From an uncultured Planctomycetota bacterium (GTDB taxonomy: Bacteria; Planctomycetota; Planctomycetia; Isosphaerales; Isosphaeraceae): a stretch of DNA of 64,000 nucleotides. The translations under genes were made by a program, and so were the position numbers. Positions 49,482 to 59,205 of this stretch are shown here, piece after piece. Within the stretch, counting starts at the first letter, position 1, and every line of letters starts with the position of its first letter. Location: NCBI GenBank assembly GCA_963737655.1, contig CAVTTN010000002.1:3712001-3776000 (forward strand). The letters are read 5' to 3'. Under the pieces are notes generated by a model that was not told the DNA's origin, made no database searches, and saw only the letters and a list, made by a program, of their open reading frames with translations.

Positions 49482-50011
49482 ATGGTGAGAGATCTGGGAT
49501 CAAGAATCGTAGACAATTTAGCGATTCCTGTCCCCCGGATTGAGTCAAGCTTTCGTACTGACCGTTTCCGCCCCCAGGATCTTGCCGAATTCGGCCACGC
49601 GGAGGACTCCGTGCCGGAGACCCGACGTTGAACTATGCCCAGCGAGCTACCTTTGCGAGTTCGGCCGAGTTCTGCCACTTTGCCTGGAGTGCAGAAAATC
49701 TTGTATATTATCATATTTTTGAGAACCATCCAGACAAAGCGATGCTGGACGCCCTGGGTCAGGCCGAGCCTGAGGCTTTCTTGCTTCTCCTGGATACCGC
49801 CGAGGACCTGGGGTTCCTGGCCAACACCGAGGTGACCCTCGATATCACGCCGCAGCGGTTTTTTGTCACCGAGACGCTCGCCAGGAGGCGAGGTCTCGGG
49901 TCCTGGGCACGAGGGGCGTTCCTGGACTTCGCCGACGAGCCTGGCAAGGTGCCTGCGTTGGTGGCGTATGGCAGGAATTTCGTTTCGGATCCGGAAAAAA
50001 CCCGGAAATGA
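49482..50011 (+). pseudogene. Unidentified gene remnant, probably frameshifted near 49606
   Basis: 127-aa protein-like ORF 49628-50011 with TTG start; one added C joins it to the upstream frame from ATG 49482. Confidence 0.35.
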
Positions 50012-50027
50012 GTCTCAGGGATGCCCT

Positions 50028-50077
50028 GCGGATCGGACACCCATTTCCCCCGGCTGCCCCCGGACTCCACCGAACAC
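50028..50077. repeat. Right arm of the inverted repeat
   Basis: gcggatcggacacccatttcccccggctgcccccggac(tccacc)gaacac. Confidence 0.7.
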
Positions 50078-50185
50078 TTTTCCGCCGAGGTGGGACAAAA
50101 CCTGTCCGATCTGGCCGGGGAAGCGACCGGAGCTGGAATCTCGTAAACCTTGATCCATAAATCACTTCTGGCCATCTCCAATCGG

Positions 50186-50201
50186 TGGAACGCCCCTTGC
50201 A
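50186..50201 (+). promoter_or_regulatory. Sigma54 (-24/-12) promoter of the DUF1559 gene
   Basis: TGGAAC-GCCCC-TTGCA (GG-N10-GC); AT-rich IHF-like tract 50142-50168; GGACA-N5-TGTCC dyad 50093-50107. Confidence 0.7.
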
Positions 50202-50262
50202 GAGAGGCAGGGGCCATCCCGACGAGGATGTCCCCCCGGTCCCCGAGATGAGGCCCTGTGCC

Positions 50263-51240
50263 ATGAACCGCCGCCGTGGTTTCACCCTGATCGAGCTGCT
50301 CGTCGTGATCGCGATCATCGGAGTTTTGATCGGTCTGTTGCTGCCGGCCGTCCAGGCGGCGAGGGAGGCCGCGAGACGCTCGCAGTGCATCAATAATCTC
50401 AAGCAGGTCGGCCTGGCGTTGCACAACTACCACGACGCCCTCGGCGCGTTCCCGATGAGTTATATGACCCGTTCCAAATTCGTGGATGGCCAGACCGACA
50501 CGGCGCCGGGCTGGGGCTGGGCGGCCATGATTCTCCCCCAGATGGAGAACTCGCCGCTGTTCTCGTCGATCAACTTCGGCCTGCCGGTCGAGGCCCCGCA
50601 GAACCTCACGGTGATCCAGTCGAGGCTCGCGACGTTCCTTTGCCCCTCGGACACCACGCCGGGCGGGACGTTCGGCGTGACCGATCCCTCGGGCAACGTC
50701 CTGGCGATGATGCAGCCGACGAGCTACGCCGCCTGCGTCGGCAACGACTTCGCCGACTCCACCACCGGCCTGAACAACGACGGCGAGGGCAACGGCGTGA
50801 TGTACCGCAACAGCCACATCCGCCTGGCCGACATCGTCGATGGCGCCAGCAACACGGTCCTGGTCGGCGAGCGGGCCTGGGGGATCGTCAGCGGACCGTG
50901 GGCGGGCGTCGTCACGAACGGGGTGATCCGCCGCGGCCCTCACAACCCCTGCCCGACCACGGGCGCGCTCTATTACGGCGCCGCCACGCTCGTCCAGGCC
51001 CATTGCAACGTCCTGAACACCATCACCGACCCCGACGGCGGCATCGACGATTACTCCAGCTTCCACCCGGGGGGCGCGAATTTCGTCTTCGCCGACGGCT
51101 CGGTACATTACCTCAAGAGCGTCCTGGCCAACTCGGGCACGGACTCCCGCGGCAACACGATCTATTCCCCCGGGAGCCTCCGCCTCCAGGCGATGGGCAC
51201 GCGCGCCGGCGGCGAGATCGTCGATGCGAACTCGTACTGA
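50263..51240 (+). CDS. DUF1559 prepilin-type N-terminal cleavage / H-X9-DG protein
   Basis: GFTLIELLVVIAIIGVLIGLLLPAVQAAREAARRSQC.NNLKQ, FLCPSD, DGASNT, HPGGANFVFADGSV. Confidence 0.95.
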   Translation: MNRRRGFTLIELLVVIAIIGVLIGLLLPAVQAAREAARRSQCINNLKQVGLALHNYHDALGAFPMSYMTRSKFVDGQTDTAPGWGWAAMILPQMENSPLFSSINFGLPVEAPQNLTVIQSRLATFLCPSDTTPGGTFGVTDPSGNVLAMMQPTSYAACVGNDFADSTTGLNNDGEGNGVMYRNSHIRLADIVDGASNTVLVGERAWGIVSGPWAGVVTNGVIRRGPHNPCPTTGALYYGAATLVQAHCNVLNTITDPDGGIDDYSSFHPGGANFVFADGSVHYLKSVLANSGTDSRGNTIYSPGSLRLQAMGTRAGGEIVDANSY

Positions 51241-51327
51241 GCCGCCCGCGATTTGACTCGGCGCCCCGAGAGGAGGACAATCGGCCCTGGCCCGGTCGTC
51301 CTCCGATCCTCCTCGGGAGCCCTCGCG

Positions 51328-51750
51328 GTGAAGTCGTTCACGGACTACCTCACGTTCACCGTCCCGATGCGGATGGGCTTCCTGAACATCACGCCGAGCG
51401 TCGAGGAGGCCGTCCGGAAGAGCGGCGTCCGCGAGGGCCTCGTGCTCGTCAACGCCATGCACATCACGGCCAGCGTGTTCATCAACGACGATGAACCCGG
51501 CCTCCACGAGGACTACAAGCTCTGGCTCGAACGCCTCGCCCCGTTCGACGCCTCGCCCCAGGCCTACCGCCACAACCGGACCGGCGAGGACAACGCCGAC
51601 GCCCACCTCAAGCGCCAGGTCATGGGCCGCGAGGTCGTCATCGCCATCACCAACGGCAAGCTCGATTTCGGCCCGTGGGAGCAGGTCTTCTACGGCGAGT
51701 TCGACGGCCGGAGGGCCAAGCGCGTCCTGATCAAGGTGATCGGCGAGTAA
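51328..51750 (+). CDS. yjbQ: YjbQ (UPF0047) secondary thiamine-phosphate synthase family protein
   Basis: [33 protein letters not shown]. Confidence 0.92.
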   Translation: MKSFTDYLTFTVPMRMGFLNITPSVEEAVRKSGVREGLVLVNAMHITASVFINDDEPGLHEDYKLWLERLAPFDASPQAYRHNRTGEDNADAHLKRQVMGREVVIAITNGKLDFGPWEQVFYGEFDGRRAKRVLIKVIGE

Positions 51751-51773
51751 GTTATCATGCTGGAGACATAGTC

Positions 51774-52535
51774 ATGCAATCTCCTTTTCCGGGCATGGAC
51801 CCCTATCTGGAAGGGGCGGAACTTTGGCCGGACGTCCACGATAGCCTGATCGTAGGAATCCGCGACGAGATCGGCCCGCGGATCGCGCCGAAGTACTTCA
51901 CCCGCCTCAACCGTCGGACGTATCTGCTCCATCCGGACGACCTGGAACTCGTCGGGTTGCCCGACCTCGCCGTCCTGACGGCCCGGCCGAAATCCTCGCC
52001 CGAGGCCGCGAGGCCCGTGGTGGCGGGCGCCGGCGTCCTGGAGGTGGAGTTGCCGTTTGAGGGGGAGGTCTCCGAGAGCTATCTGGAGATCCGAGCGGGG
52101 AAAAACGTGCTGGTCACGACCCTGGAAATCCTCTCCCCGGTGAACAAGCTCCATTCCCAGGGAAGGCTCGACTACCTGACGAAGAGGAACCAGATCATCG
52201 GCTCGATGACCAACCTCGTCGAAATCGACCTCCTCCGCGATGGCCCGCCGATGCCGGTCCTCGGCGCGCCCCCTCCGAGCGACTACCGCATCCTGGTCCG
52301 TCGGGGGTTCTCCCATCCGTCGGCCCATCTGCATCATTTCGGGGTCCGCGACCCGATCCCCGAGATCGCGATTCCGTTGCAATCGACCGAGGAGGCCGTC
52401 TCGCTCAACCTCGGCGCGATCTTGCGGCGGGTCTTCGCGAACGCCCGTTACGACCTGGAAATCGACTACCGGACCCCGCCCGTCCCGGCCCTTCGCCCGG
52501 CCGATGCGGAATGGGCCTCGGGCCTGGTGGCCTGA
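51774..52535 (+). CDS. DUF4058 family protein (restriction-endonuclease-like fold)
   Basis: MQSPFPGMDPYLE, PD, LEILSPVNK, LVEIDLLR; TATCAT upstream. Confidence 0.92.
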   Translation: MQSPFPGMDPYLEGAELWPDVHDSLIVGIRDEIGPRIAPKYFTRLNRRTYLLHPDDLELVGLPDLAVLTARPKSSPEAARPVVAGAGVLEVELPFEGEVSESYLEIRAGKNVLVTTLEILSPVNKLHSQGRLDYLTKRNQIIGSMTNLVEIDLLRDGPPMPVLGAPPPSDYRILVRRGFSHPSAHLHHFGVRDPIPEIAIPLQSTEEAVSLNLGAILRRVFANARYDLEIDYRTPPVPALRPADAEWASGLVA

Positions 52536-52541
52536 TCGCCC

Positions 52542-53603
52542 TCATCGGGCGATCTCGCGGACCGTCCAGGTTTCGGTGACTTTCGCGTCCTCGAACGTAC
52601 CCTTGCCCCGGGCCCAGAAGACCAGTCCCTGGAGCGTCTCGACGGTTTGCTCGCCGAAGAACCGCGAGTCGAGTCGCAGCCGGGTGTCGTGGTGGTAGGT
52701 GATGAAGTCGCCATCGTCGATGCCGAAATAGGCGAGGCCCTCGGGCGAGCGGTCGTGGACGATCGCGGAGGCCGGGTCCACGGGCACCCAGCCGACCCCC
52801 TCGGCGAAGAATTCGGCCTTCGCGTGCTGCTGATAATAGGGCAGGCCGCCCGCCTTCGCGCCGGCCTCGGCCGACGTCGCCCACCGCCCCACGATCGTCC
52901 TCGCCGGGACGCCCGACGCCCTCATCGCGGCGACGAACAGGAGCCCGAGGCCTCCGCAATCCGACCGGCCCAGGCGGCAGACCCGGGACGACCGTCGATC
53001 CATCGTGTCGGTATATTCATACTGAAAATTGCGTTTGAGGAACACGAACACGCGACGGCCGAAGTCCACGTCCGACTCGTCCGGCGTCCTGCGGAGCCCG
53101 TGTTCGTCCAGCCACTTCGCGAGTCCGGGGTCGCGGAAGTCGCAATCGGACGATGGGGCGAGCGCGAGCCTCCGTTCGAGGCCGTCGAGGGCCGGGACCG
53201 CCGGTGCGGGCTCGCCGTCTCCGAGCCGGACGAGCGTCCTCCTCTTCAGGGCGATCCGGTATTCCGCCTTCAGGACGAGCCGGCTCGGAGCTTTCGAGGC
53301 GTCCGAGGCAATTCGCGCCGAGAGGAATGGCCGCGACGCCTCGCCTCGCTCCCGGGACGCCTCGCCGCCGGGGGAGAACCGCGCCTCCCGGACCTCCTGC
53401 CCGGGGCCATCGGGCGGTCTCGGCGCGATCGCCGACCATTCCTCGGCGCGGAGCTGCGGCGCGAGGACTTCGGTCGAGAGCGTCGCCTCGATCAACCTCC
53501 CCTCGGTCGTCCTCAAGGCATGGCGAGGGGGGTCGGCGGGCCCGGCCAGGGCGACCGCCGGGATCAGGGCCAGGACGATCGCACCCGGGCGACGGCCAAT
53601 CAT
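52542..53603 (-). CDS. Secreted transglutaminase-like domain protein
   Basis: Signal peptide; SDCGG, RASGVPAR, HAKAEFF, WVPVDP (Cys-His-Asp triad). Confidence 0.88.
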   Translation of the reverse strand: MIGRRPGAIVLALIPAVALAGPADPPRHALRTTEGRLIEATLSTEVLAPQLRAEEWSAIAPRPPDGPGQEVREARFSPGGEASRERGEASRPFLSARIASDASKAPSRLVLKAEYRIALKRRTLVRLGDGEPAPAVPALDGLERRLALAPSSDCDFRDPGLAKWLDEHGLRRTPDESDVDFGRRVFVFLKRNFQYEYTDTMDRRSSRVCRLGRSDCGGLGLLFVAAMRASGVPARTIVGRWATSAEAGAKAGGLPYYQQHAKAEFFAEGVGWVPVDPASAIVHDRSPEGLAYFGIDDGDFITYHHDTRLRLDSRFFGEQTVETLQGLVFWARGKGTFEDAKVTETWTVREIAR

Positions 53604-53619
53604 GGACGGGGCTCCGAGA

Positions 53620-54192
53620 TCAGGGCAGAGGGTGGCCGAGGTCGCGTAAGATCGTCGTCAGCGCGATCAGGGGCAGGCCCACGATCGCGGTGAAGTCCTC
53701 GGAATCGACCTTCTCGAACAGGGCGATCCCGCGCGTCTCGATCCGGTACGACCCGCAGCAGTCGAGCGGTCGGTCGGCCTCGACGTAGCGGCGGATCTCG
53801 TCCCGGGAGAGCGTCCTCATGGTCAAGACGGTCACGTCCACATGCAAGCGGATCGTCCCGCGATGGGCGACCGCCATCGCCGTGATCAACTCGTGCTCGC
53901 GCCCGGTCATCCCCATCAGTTGATCGACGGCGGCTTCCTCGGTGCCCGGTTTGCCCAGCGCCCGGCCGTCGAGCGCGGCGACCTGGTCGGAGCCGATCAC
54001 CACGGCCTCGTGACGGCCCTTCGCGACCGCCTCCGCCTTGGCGATCGCCAGCGATTCGGCGATCGTTCGCGGGCCCGCCCCGGTCGCGGCGAACGCCTCC
54101 TCATCGACGCCCGGCGCCATCGTCTCGAACGGCAGGCCGAGCCGTTCGAGCAGCGATCGGCGATAGGGCGAGGTGCTGGCGAGGATCAACAC
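53620..54192 (-). CDS. maf: Maf/YceF family nucleoside triphosphate pyrophosphatase
   Basis: LILASTSPYRR, VDE, AKA, GSDQ, GKP, CGSY, IVGLPL. Confidence 0.92.
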   Translation of the reverse strand: MLILASTSPYRRSLLERLGLPFETMAPGVDEEAFAATGAGPRTIAESLAIAKAEAVAKGRHEAVVIGSDQVAALDGRALGKPGTEEAAVDQLMGMTGREHELITAMAVAHRGTIRLHVDVTVLTMRTLSRDEIRRYVEADRPLDCCGSYRIETRGIALFEKVDSEDFTAIVGLPLIALTTILRDLGHPLP

Positions 54193-54247
54193 GGCCGTTT
54201 TCCCCGAGGTTGGAAGGCGGCCGACGGCCGCTAGCCTTTCCGACTCC

Positions 54248-55318
54248 CTACATCGGCTTGAGCCACCGGACGAACCAATCGAGGATCATCACCCTCTGGG
54301 CCTTGGTCACCTCGTGGCCGCCCTTGCCGACGTCGATCTTGATCCGATCCGGCGTCCCGGCGGCCAGGAATGCGGCCTCGGCGGAGGCGAACGCGAGCTT
54401 CGCCCCTTCGATCGGGCAATTCGGGTCTTTTTCTCCGTTGATGATCAGGAGGGGACGACCCGCGAATAGCCGAAGCGTGCTCGGGCCGTCGAAGCGGTCG
54501 AGAATCCCCGGGATGACCTTGTCCCAGAGGGCCTTGCACGTCTCGCTCGTGACGTGCTCCTCGCCCCGTTCCTTCGCGACGGCCTCGCTCGCGGCGGCGA
54601 TCGTCCTGGCCCGGGCCTGCCAGCGGTCGTTGTCGATTCCCCAGCGGAAGCTCTGGACGCCGATGCACGGGACGGCCACCTTGACCCGATCGTCGAACGC
54701 GCCGGCCAGCCAGGTCTCCACCCCGCCCTTGCTGATGCCCATCAGGCCGATCCGATTCGGGTCGATCCCGGGCCTCTCCTGGAGGAAGTCGATCGTCCGC
54801 CAAACGTCCCAGCACGTGTCGTAATAGAACGGATGTTCCGACGGCAGGCCTCGGGGGACCTGCCACGCCCGGACGATCGCCGCGTTGTAGTCGCGGGTCG
54901 GGGGCGTCCCGGCGATGCGGTCGCCGTGGTAGCGGCCGTCGATCGCGACACCCACGATGCCCCGCCTCGCCAGGTCGATCAGCCAGTCGCGCATGCCTTC
55001 CTTGCTCCCGCCGGTGCCGTGGAGGGCGATCACGGCGGGCCGGGGCTTCGAGTCGTCCTTCGGCCGGACGATCAGGATCGGCACGCGCTCGACGGAGCCG
55101 TCGTCCTTCTTCTCCGAGGCGATCGTCCAGGTCTCGCCGACGAGGTCGTCGGGAATCTGCTCGGGAGCGGGCCCCGGTTTCGGGTCGGGCGCGACCCGGG
55201 GGCGGTCGAGCATCTTGAGGAACGCCTGGCGGACTTCCGCCGGGGCCGGCGCGTCGGCGCCGAGGGCCGGGTCCTGTCCCAGGACCACCAGCAGGAACCA
55301 CGGGGAGAGCATCGTCAT
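54248..55318 (-). CDS. Secreted alpha/beta hydrolase (dienelactone hydrolase/esterase family)
   Basis: LHGTGG, DPNRIGLMGISKGG, NGEKDPNCP, GHE. Confidence 0.85.
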   Translation of the reverse strand: MTMLSPWFLLVVLGQDPALGADAPAPAEVRQAFLKMLDRPRVAPDPKPGPAPEQIPDDLVGETWTIASEKKDDGSVERVPILIVRPKDDSKPRPAVIALHGTGGSKEGMRDWLIDLARRGIVGVAIDGRYHGDRIAGTPPTRDYNAAIVRAWQVPRGLPSEHPFYYDTCWDVWRTIDFLQERPGIDPNRIGLMGISKGGVETWLAGAFDDRVKVAVPCIGVQSFRWGIDNDRWQARARTIAAASEAVAKERGEEHVTSETCKALWDKVIPGILDRFDGPSTLRLFAGRPLLIINGEKDPNCPIEGAKLAFASAEAAFLAAGTPDRIKIDVGKGGHEVTKAQRVMILDWFVRWLKPM

Positions 55319-55404
55319 GCGAGGGCCCTTCGAAGCCAATTCGGGAGCGACCGGCAGGTTTCTCCGAATCTAACCGGGCCCGGGGCATTCCGCCACCTGG
55401 CGAG

Positions 55405-58400
55405 TCACCTCAGCTTCACGCGATGCAGGACGGCGGAGGGCAGGCCGGGCAAGTCGCGGCCGAAGACCTCCGCGTCCCGCCGCCGCGCCCTCAGGGCCGC
55501 GACGACCGAGGGCTCGGCGGCGACGCTGGGCGAGAGGATCAGCTCGCCCGGACCGGCCGCGCTCAGGAGGCCGGCGGCCTGCGAGACGGTCAGGCCGAAA
55601 TAGTCGAGATGATCGTTGATCGTGGCGACCATCGCGGGGCCTCGATGGACCCCGGCCCGGATCGTGAAGCCGCCGGTGAGCTCGCCCGAGGCGAGCGACT
55701 CGGCCAGGTCCAGGCTGGCCCGGACCGCACCGGCCGACTCGGAAAACGCGGCGAAGACCCCTTCGCCCACCGTCTTGACCAGGGCGCCGCCTTCTCGGCG
55801 GATCAATTCCTCGGCCTTGCGGAACTGCTCGTGGACGGCGGCGAACGCCCTGGCGTCGCCGCGTTCGGAATAGAGCCGATCGGCCTGATCCAGGGCCGTG
55901 ACCAAAAGGGTGGTCGTGGCGATGCTGATCAACTGCCCGGGGGAGAGGGTCTCGCCCGGGAAGAGTTCGCGGAACAGGGCCAGCGCCGAGGCCCGGGCGG
56001 CCGTCAAGGCGTCGTCTCGCGAGGCCATTCGCTCGATCCGAACCACCACCTCCAGGTCGGTCAGATTCTTCAGGGAAAGCACCTGGCCTCCGGCCCGCAA
56101 CACGTCGGCGGCGCGGGCCGGGGCGATCGGGCCGAGGTCCAGGTCGAGCCGCGAGCCCCCGGACGCCGGGTCCACGCGAAAGGTGTGGGCGTAGGGCAAT
56201 TGCGGCCCCCGAACCCGATACGAACCCTCGGAGAGCCCGAGCTCGACGTCCATCCTCTCCGACGGCCCCACCCGCACCTGGGCCGCCACGTGGGGCGAGT
56301 GCGACGGTCCCCCGATGCAGTACACGCCGAGATCGACGTCCCGGACCTCGGGATGGACCCGAAAGATCATCTCGACCGAGTTGGCGAAGTCCAGCTCATA
56401 GTCCAGCCCGCACGCCTCGCAATGGCCGTGATCGCGCAGGGCCCTCAAGGTGTCCTTGACCTCCGAGGGAATCCGGCAGACCGGGCAGAGGAGGTCCCAC
56501 ATCAGGACGAGCAGGCCGTCCCTCGCGCCGTGGAGGCAGGCCGCGATGGTCTCCGACGGGTCCAGGCCGAGCCTCCGGGCCAGGGCCAGGGGGCGAATCC
56601 GGGCCACGTCGGACGCGGGGGCCGAGGCGAGGTAATCGCCGAACCGCTCGACCACCGACGGGTTGAGCCCGCGACGTCCCAGGGCGTCGAGGAGCCGGTC
56701 CAGCCGCCTCCGCTTGGCCGGGGCCATCGGCGCGGGTTCCTCGAACGGGTCGGAGGCCCCGGGCCCGAGCCGGCCGGTCAGCGCGGCGTCGATCCGGCGA
56801 TAGACGCGTTCCAGGGCCTTCTTCGAGTCTCGGCCGACCTTCAACGACGCCACCGCCTTCATCAGCAGCCCTCTCGGGGCGATCCGAATCCGGTGGACCA
56901 GGGTCGTCCCGCCCCGGGCCCGGGGCGTCAGCTCGACGGCGCTGACCATCCAGAGGAACGGGCCTCGCCGATATTCGCGGAGGACGCCCATCCGCCTCGG
57001 CTCGATCCATTCGAAGGGGTGCTCCTCCCACTCGGCGGCCAGGCCCCCTTGATTCGCCTCGCCGAACCGGCGGAGCTGGCCGGTCTCCGGGTCGGGCTCG
57101 GAGCGGAACGTCACGGCGGGAAGGCCGATCGCCCGGTTCAACCTCTCGGTATTCGTGACCAGCGGCCAGAGCTGCCGGGGCGACGATTCGAGGTCCCACG
57201 AGAAATCGAACTGGAGGAGCGTCCGGGGATCGGCCGTCGGGAGCCTCGGATGGGACGCCTCGGGAGACGCCTCGCCCCGGGTCAGGCGCTCGAGGTCTTC
57301 GAGGAGGGCCGAGGCGTCGGCGTGGCGGAGTCGGGCGCCTTGGCCAGCGCCTTGACCACGATCCGGGCCGCCCCCTCGCTGACCTTCGGATTGAAGCGGC
57401 TCAGCGGAGGCGGGGGCTCGTTGCAATGCAGGGCGATCATGTCCAGGAGCCGCTCGGCCTGGAACGGCGGGCGGCCGGCGAGCATGTGGAAGAGCGTGAC
57501 CCCCATCGAATACACGTCCGTGCGCGCATCGATGGCCGTCGCCATGCCCTGTTCGGGGGCCATGTAGGTGGGCGTGCCGACGACGGCCTGGGCCTGGGTG
57601 ACCTGGAGCGAATGGCTCTCCACGACGTGCCGGGCCAGGCCGAAATCCGAGAGCTTGACCCGTCGCTTCCCCTCGACGTCGGCCTCGGCCAGGAGGATGT
57701 TGTCGGGCTTGATGTCCCGGTGGACGATCCCTCGACGATGGGCATCCACCAGCGCCCGGGCCACGTCCGAGAGGATCGACACCGCCTCGGCTTCCTCCAT
57801 CGGGGCGCGGTCGGCCAGGGCGTGGCCGAGGCTGGTCCCGGAGACGTATTCCAGGACGAGGAAATGGATGCCCCGGTCCTCGTTGACTTCCAGCAAATTC
57901 GTCACGAAGGGGTTGTTGACCTCGCCCAGGAGCCTCGCCTCCTTTTGGAACCGACGGAACGCGCCCGGCTTGGTCGCCCACTCGGGCCGCAGCACCTTCA
58001 CGGCGACGATCGCACCATCGGCCATGTCCTCGCCCCGGAAGACGGCCCCCATCCCCCCCTGCCCCAGCTTCTCCAGGAGGCGATAGCGCCCGAGGACGTC
58101 GCCGGTCGTCACGCCGAGGGGCTCGCCGTCCCCCCTCTTCCGCGAATCGCCCGAATGGCCCGGCCGGAGCGAGAAGCTCAGGCCCTCGTCCGCCGACTGC
58201 CCGCCTCCGGACGAGGATTCGATCGTGGCGAGCGACGAGGCCGGCGCCATGGCCCGGGCGATCTTGGCCAGCCGTTCGACGGCCTCGCGGATCGGCGGCC
58301 GATCGGACGAGGCGGGGGCGAGCAGCTCGGACACCAGCCGATCGAGCGTGACGGCGGGATCGGGCTCGCCCGGCCCGGGGAGGAACTCGAACGTCTCCTC

Positions 58401-58973
58401 CGACACCAGCCGGGCCGACGACAGGTCATGGGCCGTCTCGCCGACGAGCAGCCAGTGGAGGACCTGACCGAGCCCGCGAACGTCGTCCGACGGGTCCATC
58501 GGCGGGCCGATCGGCGCCTCGGTGGCGGTCCCCGTGAAGTCGATCCGAGGGACGCCGAGATCGGAAAGGCGGATCGATTCCGGACGGATCGCCCCGTGGG
58601 CCAGGCCCAGGCGGTGGGCCTCGCCGACCCCTTCGGCCAGCGCCAGGGCCAGGCCCACGGCTTCCGCCTCGGGCAGGGGGACGCGGGTCGCCAGCGCCGA
58701 ATCGAGCCTCCGCGTCTCGGAGAACTCCATCGCGAGGTAGGGCGGGTCGTGATCTTCCCGGAAATCCAGCACACGAATCACCGAGGGATGGTCGATGAGA
58801 GTCGCGGTGCGGACCCGCTTGACCAGCCCCGGCCAGCGGCCCGGGTCGGCCCGGGCCGGGCCGAGCAGGCGGACCTCGGCCAGCCGCCCCTGCCCCTCCT
58901 CCCGGCCCCGATAGGCCGTGCCATCGGGCCCGGCGCCGATCTGGCTCAACAAGACATAATGACCGACATTCAT
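55405..58973 (-). pseudogene. Pseudokinase + Ser/Thr kinase + START/SRPBCC-like + DUF5939 + degenerate class III cyclase fusion, frameshift near 57327
   Basis: Kinase LGQGGMG, VAVK, HRDIKPDN, DFG, GTPTYMAPE; WEEHPFEW; WDLLCPVC..CEAC..YCIGGP..SPH; VKTVGEG, HLDYFG; one added C restores KAPDSRHADA. Confidence 0.85.
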
Positions 58974-59205
58974 GGATGACCCCCGGACGCCCCGCGCGAC
59001 CATGCTCCATCCTAAACCACCGCCGGCCCGTTGTCAGGCGCCCGACGGGACCGCCGGCCGATCGACGACGCTCTCCCGGTTCCTCTTAAGGCCCACGAAT
59101 TCGAATCCTTTCCGGCTTTGTTGCTTGAAGGGGCGATGAGGATCGGCTAGGATTCGAGTCCTCCCCCCGCGGTCCCTACCTCCTTCCCCTTCGGACGTTG
59201 CGACG

